Below, piece after piece: positions 12,396 through 24,385 of a DNA stretch of 64,000 nt. The notes beneath the pieces were generated by a model. The model was not told where the DNA came from. It made no database searches and worked only from the letters and a program-made list of their open reading frames with translations. Each line of letters begins with the position of its first letter. Within the stretch, counting starts at the first letter, position 1. A program made the translations under genes and the position numbers. Origin of the DNA: Camelus ferus (taxonomy: Eukaryota); assembly GCF_009834535.1 (NCBI RefSeq), contig NC_045697.1, forward strand, positions 37,140,001-37,204,000, written 5' to 3'.

Positions 12396-13404
12396 ACTCT
12401 TGAGGGCATTTCAGGGAACTTCCTGCCTTCTCCTGCTTGGTCCATTAAGCTAGGGAATGGCACTGTCACTGTGGATGGTGTCCTATGGGTAATGTCTCAC
12501 ATTTGTTGGCTGCTCTCTCATTGATAAAGCAGGTTCACATGTATCAACAAGTCTGTAAACTAACCAAGGATAGGGCCTGAGTCTTATTTCCCTCTGTGGC
12601 CACGGCAGTGCTTTCCACATAGTAGGTCCCTTCTACATTTCCATGGGATGAATGCTTGTGTTGGTTCTCAGGACAGCTGGGAAGGGTGGGCAGGACAGGT
12701 GCTCTCCCCAGGGAATAGGCCCGGAGACTCTGGCTCAGGGAGGCTGAGGGACAGACTGCATGTCACAGAGCTAAGAAGCAGTGCAGCAGGGAGCGGGACA
12801 ACGGTTTCCAGGTTTCTCTGTGTTTCTTACATCGCCCAGTACCTCGTTCAGTCCTTCGGCTGCCTTCTCTCTGAATCCAAAGCACTCACTCACAGGCACT
12901 TCAGAGGGCCATGTATCATTTTTTTTCTCTCAGAAGAAGCCTCAGTCTTTTCTTCAAGGAATAAATTCAGAACTTGAGAGAATGGGTCTGGTTCTTACTC
13001 TCTTTCAGGAAGCGTGGAAACACATCCTTTAAAAAATGCACTTCCTCTTCTTGAAAATATAAGTGGGCCTTCTTCCCCTGCATCCTTGCTACAGAGAATT
13101 TGGTCACAGGTCTGTTTTATCACTTGATTTTTCTGAAAAATGAACAGGACCAGAGAAACTTGCTTCAGAGCCCCCAAGGCCTGACCTTGTCCTGGGTCCC
13201 CAAAACCTATGTCTTTCTCTCTTTGCACAGTTGGACTGAGGTCAATTCTATCCTCTGGGGATGACCTCTGGTTCTGATTCCTATGGACCCTAAGATTCAC
13301 TACCCACTTTGCCCCCCACACTGGATCCTCATGTTCTTCAATTCCCTCTCTTGATAAATGGCACCAGTTTATTCGTAAAAATCCCAGGAGACACCACTTC
13401 CTCC

Positions 13405-13963
13405 TGTGGCCGGTAGACTGTAAAATGTGCCCCCCACCACCCAGCCCGCAATGGTCTCCACCTCCTGATGTTCACACTCTGATGTAGCGCCCTCTGTTGA
13501 GGGTGGGTAGGATCTGTGATTTGCTCCTAACACACAGAAAATGGCAAAGGTGATGGGCTGTCACTGCTGTGATTAGGGTACATAAGACTGTCTTCTGTCT
13601 TGCTATGTCTTTCTCTCACTGACTTTGATAAAGCAAGCTGTTATGTTGGGGAGGTTCACAAGGCAAGGAGCTGAAGGCAGCCTCCAACCAATAGCCATCA
13701 AGGAATTGAAGCCCTCAACCCCATTGAATTCTGCCAATAACCATGTGAGCTTGGAAGTGGATCCTTCTCCAGTCCAGCCTTCAGATGAGATCCCAGCCCT
13801 GGCTGACAAGCCTGATTGCAGCGTAATGAGATACTTTGAAGCAGAGGTCTCCAATGAACCATGCCTGGGTTTCTAACAGATAAAAAAATGCAAGATAATG
13901 AGTGTGTATTGTTTTAAAGCCACTACACTGGTGTTAATTTGTTGCACAGCGATAGATAACTAG
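13405..13963 (+). mobile_element. MaLR solo LTR (MLT1E/F-like) inside an L2
   Basis: aattctgccaataaccatgtgagcttggaagtggatcct...ccttcagatgag...gttttaaagccacta...gatagataacta. Confidence 0.85.
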
Positions 13964-14108
13964 CCCATTTCATGGCATCTCATTAGGCACCAAGTTCTAT
14001 TGATTCTTCCTGTCAGACCTCTGGAATCTCTATGTTCTCCTGCACTTCTGGTGCCTCTGCCTTGTGTCAGTCCTCATCAGCCCCCATTTGAATAAGACAA
14101 TGGCCTCC

Positions 14109-14400
14109 TGTATCAGTCAGGGTCCCAGCAGGAACCAGAGGCAGTCTCAGAAGGCCTAACTGAAGAGCCATGTGGACAGGGTAGGGGCACCCCGGGGCTG
14201 GCAACAGCAAGGCACTGTTATCATCCCAGACCCAAAGGGCAAGGGGAGCGAGCGGTGATACCAGAGTCTGGTGGAGGCTGGCATGGCAAAGGGGTTGTCC
14301 CTCCAGAGTCGGGGCTTTAGGCAGAGAGAACAGAGTTGTTGCCAAACAGCGGGAATGCAAGAGGCACAGGTAAGTAAGTATCGCAGCCGCTCTCTCCTCC
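14109..14400. mobile_element. Old ERVL-type LTR fragment
   Basis: Begins tgtatcagtcagggtcccagcaggaa, typical of the LTR33/41-like group; subfamily uncertain. Confidence 0.5.
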
Positions 14401-14429
14401 TGTCCTCCAGTCTCTCAGTCTCCCATTCA

Positions 14430-14632
14430 GAAGCCGGACTTGTCTTCTCCTGCACTTGGAATGGGACTTATACCATCTGTAGCCCTGGTTCACAGGCCTT
14501 CTGACCCAGACTGAATTATACCGCTGGCTTTCCTGGGTCTGCAGCTTGCAGATGGCAAACTGGGACTTCTCACCCTCCGTAATCATGAAAGCCAATTCCT
14601 AATAATAAACCATACTCTCTCTCTATAAATAT

Positions 14633-14680
<48 letters not shown>
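14430..14680 (+). mobile_element. MLT2 (ERVL) LTR 3' part with (TG)n
   Basis: ggctttcctgggtctgcagcttgcagatggca...gccaattcctaataataaa; (TG)n about 14635-14675. Confidence 0.8.
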
Positions 14681-14681
<1 letters not shown>

Positions 14682-16142
14682 CATCTGGGAAACCTAGCAC
14701 TTCGACTTGGAACCCATGTTTGCTGGTCACCTCCTTTTTGTCTTAAGAGCAGGGACTTCGGTTTATTTGTCCTCTTATCCCCAAGGGTCCAGCACAAATA
14801 GAGCCCAAGTTGCTCCTGGCATCACAGCAAGCCCTGTGGTGGGAGAAAGCCCTCAGTCAGGTGATGCAGCAGAGAGGTGGTGAGCGGTCAGTGGACTGAT
14901 GCCGGGATGCGGGGTTGGGGGCAGCAGTGGGGTCTGCTACTCCTGGCCTCCTGGATTGGGAGAGGAAGGGAGTGTGAAATGGTTGTTTCCCATTTAAAAA
15001 CACCTGCTCCCGGGGTCAATCTGCTTCCTTGAGACAGGCTCAGCAAGTATTTTTAGAACAGGCTTAGCAAGTATTTTTAGAAGAATACAAGAAGGGTCAG
15101 GACTTCTAGACATTAGTTTTAGTAATTATTAACCGCACTTCCACTCTGAAAAGGGTCCTGTTTTGGACAGTAAATTAATTGATCATACTACCCATAGAAA
15201 ATGGCTGTGGCTGCACCCACCCCCACTATGTAATGCAGAAGGTGGGGAGAATCAGGACTGCAGTATGTTGGGGGCTCCCCTCTCCTCTATTGGCACAGGA
15301 GAGCTGGATACTCAGAGGGCCAGGAAGGGTACCCTCATCCCATTCAACAACCTGCAGCCTGCCATGTCCCTGCCCTCCAAGTGCCCCTCCACTTGTCTAG
15401 CCTTCAGTGCATCCTTGCTTCCCAGGTCCCAGACAAATTTTTCTGGGACTAGAGGCTGCCCCAGATGCCCAGTCAGTTGGGACCTTGACCTTCCCATCTC
15501 TTTCAGCCCCTTTTTCCTGGACCGAGCTTCCTGATCCTTCTCTGACCTCTGGCACTCACATTTTTGCCAAGAGGCCCACTCCATGCCCCACATGCTTGGC
15601 TCAGACTATTTGAGTCCCAGCATGACGTTGGACTTGAGTTAATCGCACCACCTGGCCTTGGAGCCAGGCTCCTGGACCTTCCCTGGGAAGGCTCGCCCTC
15701 TACTCTCTTGGATGCTTTTCTCTCACTTCCATCTGGAGTAGGTCCTGCAATTCCCAGTGTATCCTGTGACCAAGACTGTCTGGATTATAACAAGATTTGG
15801 CAGAGACTGTGCTGAAATAAATGAGAAAAACTGATAGGGCTAGGAATGGTGAGTTCCATGAGATTCATTCATTTGCTCATTTATTCCTAAATTTGCTCAA
15901 ACATCATTGAAATATCTAGCAACACGGTTCTGGATCCACAATAGATATTTGTGGGATTGTACAGGTAGGGGGCAGGTACAGGGCTTCTGACAACCAGGTG
16001 GGTGAGAGTGGGGGACACAGCAACCTGAATCCCTTTCCCACTCAACTTAGGGTGTCGAGTCCCCTCAGGACTCAGAAAGGATGGAGTGTGATGTATGTAG
16101 TGCATGAGCTACATGACTCTGGGGATAATCATAATGTTGAGG

Positions 16143-16298
16143 TTTTTTTTAAATAAATTTTTTTTTCAGGGAGGCAGTAATTAGGTTTACTTATTTATTT
16201 TTTAAATAATTTTTTTAAAAACAGAGGTACTGGAGGTTGAACCTAGGATCTCATGCAGGCTAAGCATGCAGCCTACCACTGAGCTCTTCACACCCCAC
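16143..16298 (-). mobile_element. Vic-1-type SINE
   Basis: gtaattaggtttacttattt...gaggtactggaggttgaacctagg...ctaccactgagct. Confidence 0.88.
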
Positions 16299-16470
16299 CA
16301 AGATCTTCTTTTGCTCTGGCTTGGAGTTTCTAAGAAGCATGTCATCCTGGCCCTTTTCTACTCCCTATTACTCCTTGCTTGATGTGCTCCAGACCTGGCC
16401 ATTCACACAAAGGACCTGACTCCTCATTCTATGTAAGTCAAGGTAAAAGAGAACACTATTAAGGGCATAT

Positions 16471-16635
16471 TTCTTTTTTTTTTTTTCTTTTTTTAATTGA
16501 AGCACAGTCAGTTATGATGTGTCAATTTCTGATGTACTGCATAATGTCCCAGCCATGCATATACATACATGTAGTTGTTTTCATTTCTTTTTCATTAAAG
16601 GTTATTACAGCCTATTGAATATAGTTCCCTGTTCA
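16471..16635 (-). mobile_element. L1 3' end
   Basis: Poly-T then ttgaagcacagtcagtt...attgaatatagttccctgt. Confidence 0.85.
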
Positions 16636-17012
16636 GTGTGTATTTCAAGCATTGGCAGATAAGGCTTTGGACAAGGGTAGAAGTGGGCAGAAATTCACAC
16701 AGCAGAGTGGGAACCGACAGAAAGGAAGTGGGTCCTAGGGGGTCGGTGGCACCAAAATCTAGAGAGGCCCGGACGGCTTCCCTGAAGGACGGCTCAGAGC
16801 TGGCCTCTTCGTGGAGTCCTGGGCAGCCTCAGACAGCGGTTGGCTCCTCCAGCAGCACATCCTGAAAAGAATCATTCTCCCATTGCTGAGTGCCACGCCC
16901 ACTGTCCTCTGGGAGACCAGGAGCAGGGAGGGGTTCAGTTTCTTGCCTTTTCCCCATTTCTTGCTCCTGGAGGGAAAATGAAAAGGAGAGTGCCAGTCAG
17001 AGGACTTCAAAG

Positions 17013-17531
17013 TGTTGCTGGAGAATAGTTTCTTGTCTCGAGCAGGAGACAGAATTCAAGAGTGAGGCAAAGTAAAGTGAAAGTAAGTTTATTTAGAGAG
17101 ATACACACTCCACAGGCAAGGTGCAGGCCATCTCAAAAGGTGAGGGAGAGAGGGAGACCAAAAGATGTGGGAGTGTTTAGTTTAAAGTAAAAGTAGATAC
17201 ACACTCCACAGACATATTGTGGGCCATCCCAGAAGGCAAGAAAGAGAGCAACCATGAGGTGCAGAGTTAGTTTTTATAGGCTCCGTAATTCCATATGCTA
17301 ATGAGGTAGGAGGATTATTCCAACTACTTTGGGGAAGGGGCAAAGATTTCCAGGAATTGGGCCCCCACCCACTTTTTGACCTTTTGTGTTCAGCCTGTGA
17401 GTGCACCATGAGCCTCAGAGTCTACTGGAAGTGGGACCTTCCACCATCCTGGTTGTAACCAGTTTGTCCTGCCCTCGGTTGCTGTGTCATTCCTTCAGTG
17501 GTTGTGCCCTGTCCCCTTCCCTCCTGTCTCA
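17013..17531 (-). mobile_element. ERV1 solo LTR, MER41-like
   Basis: TG...CA termini; on the minus strand TATAAAA 17272-17278 and AATAAA 17088-17093; flanks aaag/aaac fit a degenerate 4-bp TSD. Confidence 0.8.
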
Positions 17532-18439
17532 AAACCATATTAAGTCCAGGGCTACCTGAGTCTGAGGACAGTGCCATTAATGCAGAGTCCTTTGTTTGTG
17601 TATCCAAACTTCTGGTGAAGGGCAGGTTAATCTAGTTCTATTATTTACCACTAAATTATCGATTGAGTAGCTATGTGTATCTACCTCAGCTTATTCTGTT
17701 TAATATGAGTGTTAACTTATTCAGTGACTATCCCTAAGGAAGATGCCCATAGCTCCTTAGAAGATTGTACAGGATCCCTTTCTTTTTCTTCCAAATTATT
17801 TTAAAATGCAACAGTTGGGGCATTTATCAAGCATTTTAAAGTTATTATTGGATGCTTCTTACAACTTACCAGAGAGTGGCAACATTTATGAGGGTCTTCC
17901 CAAATGTACGCTAGGACTTTTATTTGCATTTTGAAGGAACTCAAATAAATGTAAGGATCCTAAGGGGGGTGCAAATCATTTTAAGAGAGAGATATTAAGA
18001 AAATGTAAATGTTCCACTTTACATAATTAACGAAGACAGCTAAAGAGCTGTCCTGGCAGCGAGCACACCTTTCAAAGTGTCTTAAGTATGTCTGTGCCAA
18101 GAACACTGGGTGAAGGGGAGAGTGGGCACCCCAACCCTGTAGTTGTCCATTCCTAGTGCATTCCAGCCTCACATCTAGTCCCAGTGACCCAGGGATGAGC
18201 AATATTAAAAGGGATGCCCTTCCTCATTTCTGTTAGTTTCTCTGATCATATGACTTTCCCTTCCCCTGCGTAAGACAGTTGAGGGAGGGTGGGTGGTTGA
18301 TTCCAACAGCCAAATAACCAAAGTCTGGGATTGCTTCTGGGGACTAGAGCTCTAGGAGTATGGTGGGGTGGAGTTGGATTGGGGAGCCTCTAACAAGCTT
18401 GATAGCACATAATCTTGAATGCCTAAGCATCTCAGCACT

Positions 18440-19530
18440 GCCTCATTTATTGGGATTCTTGCCATGCCCGTGTTCTAGAGTGGGAACCCAACAAAAATCC
18501 TTGTTCTCATGGACCTTACCTTCTAATGGAGGTTATAGGCAGACAACGAATCACATACATAAGTAAAGTACATAGTAAATTTGAATGTAATAATGCAATG
18601 GAAAAAAAAATAAAATAAGGAAAGGACATAGGGAGTGCCAGGGCAGGGGACTGTGATTGCAATTTTGAAAGGGGTGGGTCAAGTTGGCCTCAATGAGAAT
18701 ACACCATTTAAGCAAAAACTTCAGAGAAATGAAGGCATCAGGAGTGCAGAGAAGTGGGGGAAAGTGTCTTGGCAGAGGGCAGATGAGCAGAGGCCTGGAG
18801 ACAAGAACATACCTGGAGGACCCAATGGCCACCACAGAGGCCAGGGTGCTGGAGCAGAGGAAGAGCTGGGCAAAGGGGGAGATTAGGTCAGAGATGTATC
18901 AGGGACCATAAGGACTTGAAAGCTGCTGGGGAGACGGATTTTTCTGAGCAATATGGGAAATGGGGTGAGTGTTTTTGGCAGTAGAGTGACATGATCTGAC
19001 TTATTTTAACAGGATAACTCTGTGTGGAGAACAGCTATGGGGAGGAGGTGAGACCAGAAGCAGGGAGGACAGTTAGGAGGCTACTGAAATAATCCAGGCC
19101 CGAGAGAGCGTGTCTTGGACCAGGGGAGGGTTTTTCCACCTGCTCACTATTGATATTTTAGGCTGGACAGCTTGTTGTGAGGGGCGGTCCTGTGCTTTGA
19201 GGGATGTTTGGCAGCATCCCTGGCCTCTATCCATTAGATGCCAGTAGTGCCCTCCTAATTGTGACAACCCAAAGTGCCTCCAGATGTTGCCAAATATCCA
19301 CTGGGAGGTGAAATTAGCAAACATAGGGGACAACCCCTGGACTAGGGTGACAGCGTGGAGGTATGAGAAGTGATCTGATTCAGGATTTGTTGAGTTTAGC
19401 GAGACAGAGGAGTTAAGGCCTGAATGACTTGAGGGACAGAGCTACCATTGATGGAGATGGGGAAGACCATTCGTGAGATAAGTGTGAAGGCAGGGCTGTC
19501 TGGGGTTCACATGAGAAGTCTGCACTGGAG
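18440..19530 (-). mobile_element. L2 interrupted by MER20
   Basis: agagtgacatgatctgacttatttt, gttaggaggctactgaaataatccagg, gatggggaagacc motifs. Confidence 0.8.
19126..19339. mobile_element. MER20 (hAT-Charlie MITE)
   Basis: gcagcatccctggcctctatccattagatgccagtag core; 8-bp TSD gaccaggg 19118-19125 / gactaggg 19340-19347. Confidence 0.92.
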
Positions 19531-19612
19531 TGAAAGACATGCATTACTAATTGCTTTTACATAATTTTAGAAGAGGTAGAAAGGAGTTCATGGTTAAGAT
19601 CACGAAGTTATT

Positions 19613-19749
19613 GTGTGTGCTTAGCATGCACGAGGTCCTGGGTTCAGTCCCCAATACCTTCTAAATAAATAAGTTAGTAAAGAAAGAATTTTTTTTTACT
19701 ACCTCCCCGCTCTACTTACCTCCCCTCAAAAAAAAAAAAAAAAAAAAAA
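19613..19749 (+). mobile_element. 5'-truncated Vic-1-type SINE
   Basis: gcttagcatgcacgaggtcctgggttcagtcccc plus tail and poly-A; TSD aagatcacgaagttatt 19596-19612 / aagatcacagagttatt 19750-19766. Confidence 0.9.
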
Positions 19750-21256
19750 AAGATCACAGAGTTATTAATGGTGTTACAATGATCACAGGGAAGGAGGCAT
19801 TGCCAAAGGGTCTGAGGACCTTGAGATCATAGACTTATTCTATGAGCTCAAGCACACTCAGGTTTGAGACTTAGAGTAACATGCATCTTATCTCAATGAG
19901 GGTTAGTGGCCACTTTGCACTTTAGATTGTTTCTGTTAGGAGATGTCACCAGGATATCTCTGGAACTTTAAACCAAAGCAGTGGGCAAGAGCCAAGCCTC
20001 TACACTCTATAGCCTTGGGTCAATATAGCATTATTTACTACTGCACATTTGCTTTAATTATTCAATATTTGGTTCTACCCTATAAAAGAGGACAGGATGG
20101 TTTGAAGAAGTACCTGGCACCCTAACACTTTGCGTATCTGATATATCAAAGTGAAAAAAATCATTTTCCCTTGGTTACAAAAATTTCATTGTGCTGTACC
20201 TACAATTCTTTGGCTATAGCCTGAGCTAAGAAGTATTTTGCTGAAGCACAGGTGTATATAGAAACTTCTTATCTGTCTGAAGATATAAGCAACCACAGGA
20301 AGTTTGGAACATGTGGCTAAGACTGTTCTCTTGGTTTCCTTGTCAGATTCTCTTGCTGTTCTGCAGGGGATGTGTTGCTTTGTGTGTGGTTTCTGCTGCT
20401 CCTCTCTTCCTAAACTTTCAGAAGAAGATCTTCCTACTTCACTGTTGAACAATTTTCCTAAAAGAAGATGGTGCCCTGTTTTTCGATTAGTCAGAAGATC
20501 TTTTAATGCCTGGAGAGACAATAAAATCTCTCTATTTCAGAATGTAGGTGGCAGGGGAGTGGAGTCAGGAGGGAGAGAGAGGAAAAGCCCTAACTTTAAT
20601 GAAAATTCAGAGCTAAAGAATTTTGGTTTTACTTTATTTCTTTTAAGTAAATATAATAACAAAAACTAAGCTAATAAAAATTCTTTAAGTAGGAGTCCTG
20701 CTGGAATACACTTTAATAAGTGTGAGAAATATGTAATGTTTGCACATTATTGCTAAAGTGCTTTTTAAAAATATCCTGCAAAGGGAATTTTTTTTTGAGT
20801 GTCTATGTTATTAAATTGGTACATTAAATAAATGCAATTCCCCAAAGTCTGTTAGTGGGTTACAGTCAATAACGAGGACCTTAAGGCTTGCCCACTTGCC
20901 TCGTTGAGGTGATCCCTGTGACAGAGGGATGATATTTTAAACATAAATTAAGGTTAAGAATAATAGAAATAATTAATCATAAGGGCTTTGTGTTTTTTTT
21001 TTAAATTTATGCTATAGGTCCATTAAATCATAAGATTATTTTACCTTTTTAAGTTCAGATGAACTAAGCATTGCTCTGTTTTTGTTTGTTTGTTTTTCAT
21101 CTGATTAAAGAAGCACAGGCAGAATTGCCTACATTATATTCAGGGCCTAAGAACTGGTGTCTTCACTTTCTTACCACATCCTCAGCAAAACCACTGCGAG
21201 AAGTCTTCCTAATTCCCCCAAACAAAATGTTTGTAGACACTTAGGAGACTTCTAGA

Positions 21257-21449
21257 GTCTGTCCAATAGAACTTTCTGCCATGATGGAAATGTTTTATAT
21301 CTGCTCAGTCCAATATGGCAGCCACCAGCCATATGGGGCTTTTGAGCACTTGAAATATGACTAGTGCTGATGAGCTGACTTTTTAATTTAAATTAACTTT
21401 AATTTTGATAGCTATATGTAGCTCACAGCTAACATATTGGACAACTCAG
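21257..21449. mobile_element. MER3 (hAT-Charlie MITE)
   Basis: ctgtccaatagaactttctgccatgatggaaatg...tattggaca; TSD cttctaga / attctaga. Confidence 0.9.
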
Positions 21450-22519
21450 ATTCTAGACAGTGTACTAAAGAAACAGAATTCTATATAAACTTCAGATCAT
21501 CCTTTCCCTCTTTCTTCTCCTCTGCATCTCTGCCATTCTTCTAGCCTTCCTTCCTTAAACATGCTCTGAGTATCTCCCTCATGTAGGCTCTGTGCTTGGT
21601 ACCAGGGAGTAGATATTAGAGAGATTTCTCTGCCTTCAAGGAATTAACAAAGGTTGGATGACAGTGACAGGGTGTAGGAAGAACAGGTGTATAGTCAGGG
21701 CCCAATGAGCACATGGGTATGGTTCTCATCCTCAAATATTTTTATACCATGGGTACCCAATTTTGCTAAATTTTATTTTTTAATGTTGATTATTCATCAA
21801 AATCATCATCAAAAGTAGCCCAGTGAGGTATATCAAGAAAAGTCAACGAAGGATGGGTGACTCTGAGATCCTAGGGATGTGGAATGAAGAAACAGAGAAA
21901 TAGGAATAAGAGGAACTGGCGGTTAGTCAGGGAGGGAGAGGAAGGGGAGGCTCTGGTTAGAGGGGTAATGTGATAGGTTTAAATGAGTGAGGATTGAGGA
22001 AGCCAGGGAAGAATTGGTGCAGGAGGTTGCAGAGCATGAGGCTGGGAGTCTAGAGGGAAGCGTGAGTTCTCGGGTCACAGTTTGTCTTGGCCTGAGAATT
22101 AGGCCAAGAAAACTAGTCAGGAAGGTCTTGGATCTTTTGTATACATTATTGCAAAAGGGTGTTCTGGGATAGACCCAGAATAGCCAGGAATTAAATAGAG
22201 GCTGACAACATGTTGGCCAGTCAGGCAGAAGGAAGCCTGGGTCCATGCCTCAGGACCTCCAGTGTGTCCTTGTTCCTTGTACTCTGATTGCTGTCTGGGT
22301 GTGACGTTTCCAATGAGTCATCTCTGAAAAGGACAAGCAAACAATTCTGCTTTGGGCACATATTTATGGAATGAGGGAATTAAAGGAAAAGACCTGGATT
22401 CCTGTGAGTAAGTTAAAGAAGACAATACCCAGTACTTGAGCAATGGTTGTGAAGGAGGTGGAGGGTCTAAGACAGCAGATGTCATATTGAAGATTTGCTG
22501 AGCACCAAGGGTTCTAGTC

Positions 22520-23430
22520 ATCATTCATCCATTTATTCATTCAACTGACATCTATTTAAGACATTTAATATGCCAGTAACATGGACATAGTAGGGAAGAA
22601 GACTTATGATGCGTAGGGGGAGATAGATGTTTAGCAAATAATTATACAATCTAAAATAGTTGATTTAAATTTTCAATGTCAGCTCTGAAGAGAAGTTACA
22701 GGGTGCATTATAGGGAAATTTGACCTAATCTGGCAATCATGGAAGGATACTCTGAGGAGGCAACATGTTAGTTGAATAGTTGTTTGGGCCAGATTGGAAG
22801 AGAAGGCTTTTTAAGCAGAGGAAACAATGCATTATGCTCCTTCTTGGCTCCTTTTGCAACTGGCATTATGTAGCCATTTATTTGATTACTTGTCTACAAT
22901 TCTGTCTCCCCATCTAGACTGTCTTACCCAAGAGACTGGGAGTTGTCTTGGTCTTGGTCACTGCAGCACCTTCAGTGTCCAGCCCAGTGCCTGACACGTA
23001 TCAGGTGCTTAGTAAAAACTTACTGGTTATAAAAATGTATAACACTTATAACATATAAAGCTCAGAAGTGGGAAGGAATTCAGGCCATTGGAGAATCTGA
23101 AAGGAGGCTGGTGTGGGAAAGTGTAGAGTGAGGGATGGAGAGGTTCAAAATAGGGATATAAAAGTTATTCTAGGCCCTAGGGACTATGTGAAGGATTCTG
23201 GGAATCTGTCCTTAAACCAGTGGGAAACTATAGAAAAGTACTAAGTAAGGAAGTGATGAAATCAGATTTGGATTTTAAAATATTTTCCTGGTTGCTCTGT
23301 GAGGAGTAGATTGGAAGGAAGCAAGAGTGGATACAGCAAGGTCAATTAGGATGCTTATGTAGTGGTTCAGGTGAAGCATGATGGTGTCTTGGACTATGGA
23401 GATGGAAAGAGAAGTGAATAGATACAAGAG
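22520..23430 (-). mobile_element. L2 fragments, with an opposite-strand L2 tail at about 22850-23030
   Basis: cattcatccatttattcattcaac start; gaagtgatgaaatcagattt; + strand ctagactg...cagtgcctgacacgtatcaggtgct. Confidence 0.7.
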
Positions 23431-23434
23431 ATCA

Positions 23435-23915
23435 ACTAGAAAGACAAATACCCTAATTGAAAAATGGTCAAGAGATCTGAATAGACTCTTCTTCAAAGAA
23501 AATATACAAATGGCCAAAAAGCACATGAAAAGATGTTCAACATCATTAGCCATCAGGGAATGCAAATCAAAACTCCAATGAGATACCCCTTCACAACCAC
23601 TGGGATGGCTAGAGTGAAAAACAGAAATAATAATAAATGTTCATGATTATATGGAGAAATTAGAACTCTCAAACACTGCTGATTAGAGTGTAATATGGTA
23701 TAGCCACTTTGGAAAGCAGTCTGGCAGTTCCTCAAAAGGTTAAATTTAGAGTTCAGTATTACCCAGAAATTCCAATTCTAGGTACAAAATCAGGAAAAAT
23801 GAAAAAACGTCCACACAAAAAGTTGTACACACCTGTTCATACTACGTTATTCATAATAACCAAAAGTGGTATCACCCAAATGTCCATCAACTGATGAATA
23901 GATAAATAAAATATG
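23435..23915 (+). mobile_element. Old L1M ORF2 3' fragment
   Basis: Translates to [22 protein letters not shown], typical of L1 ORF2; frameshifted. Confidence 0.88.
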
Positions 23916-24183
23916 GGGAGTGATTACCATAGTGGACTGTTTTGTTTTGTTTTTTTGTTTTTACCGTATTCCCCCCAAAGAACATTGATTTAGAAGTCAC
24001 CTACAGGTGAGAGAGAAACTTTGTGGAAGTTCAGGATTCCAGTGAAGAAGTTCCACCACACCAGGATGTGAGGATGGTTCAATACTCACAAATCAATATG
24101 AAATATAAAAATCATACAATCATCTCAATAGATGCAGAAAAAGCATTTGAAAAATTCAACATTATTTCATGTTAAAAACTCAC

Positions 24184-24385
24184 ATGACTATAGTTAACAA
24201 AACTATATTGCATATTTGAAAGTTGTTAAAGATTAAATCTTAAAAGTTCTCATCTCAAGAAAAAAAATTGTAGCTATGTATGGTGATGAATGTTAACTAA
24301 ACTTATTGTGGTGACCATTTCACAATATATAATATATGTATTCACCTGAAACCAATAAAATGTTATATGTCAATTTTATCTCAAA
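24184..24385 (+). mobile_element. L1 3'UTR end inserted in host ORF2
   Basis: gactatagttaac...gttatatgtcaattttatctcaaaa interrupts ORF2 between aaaaactc and aaattgggtattgaagg. Confidence 0.75.
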
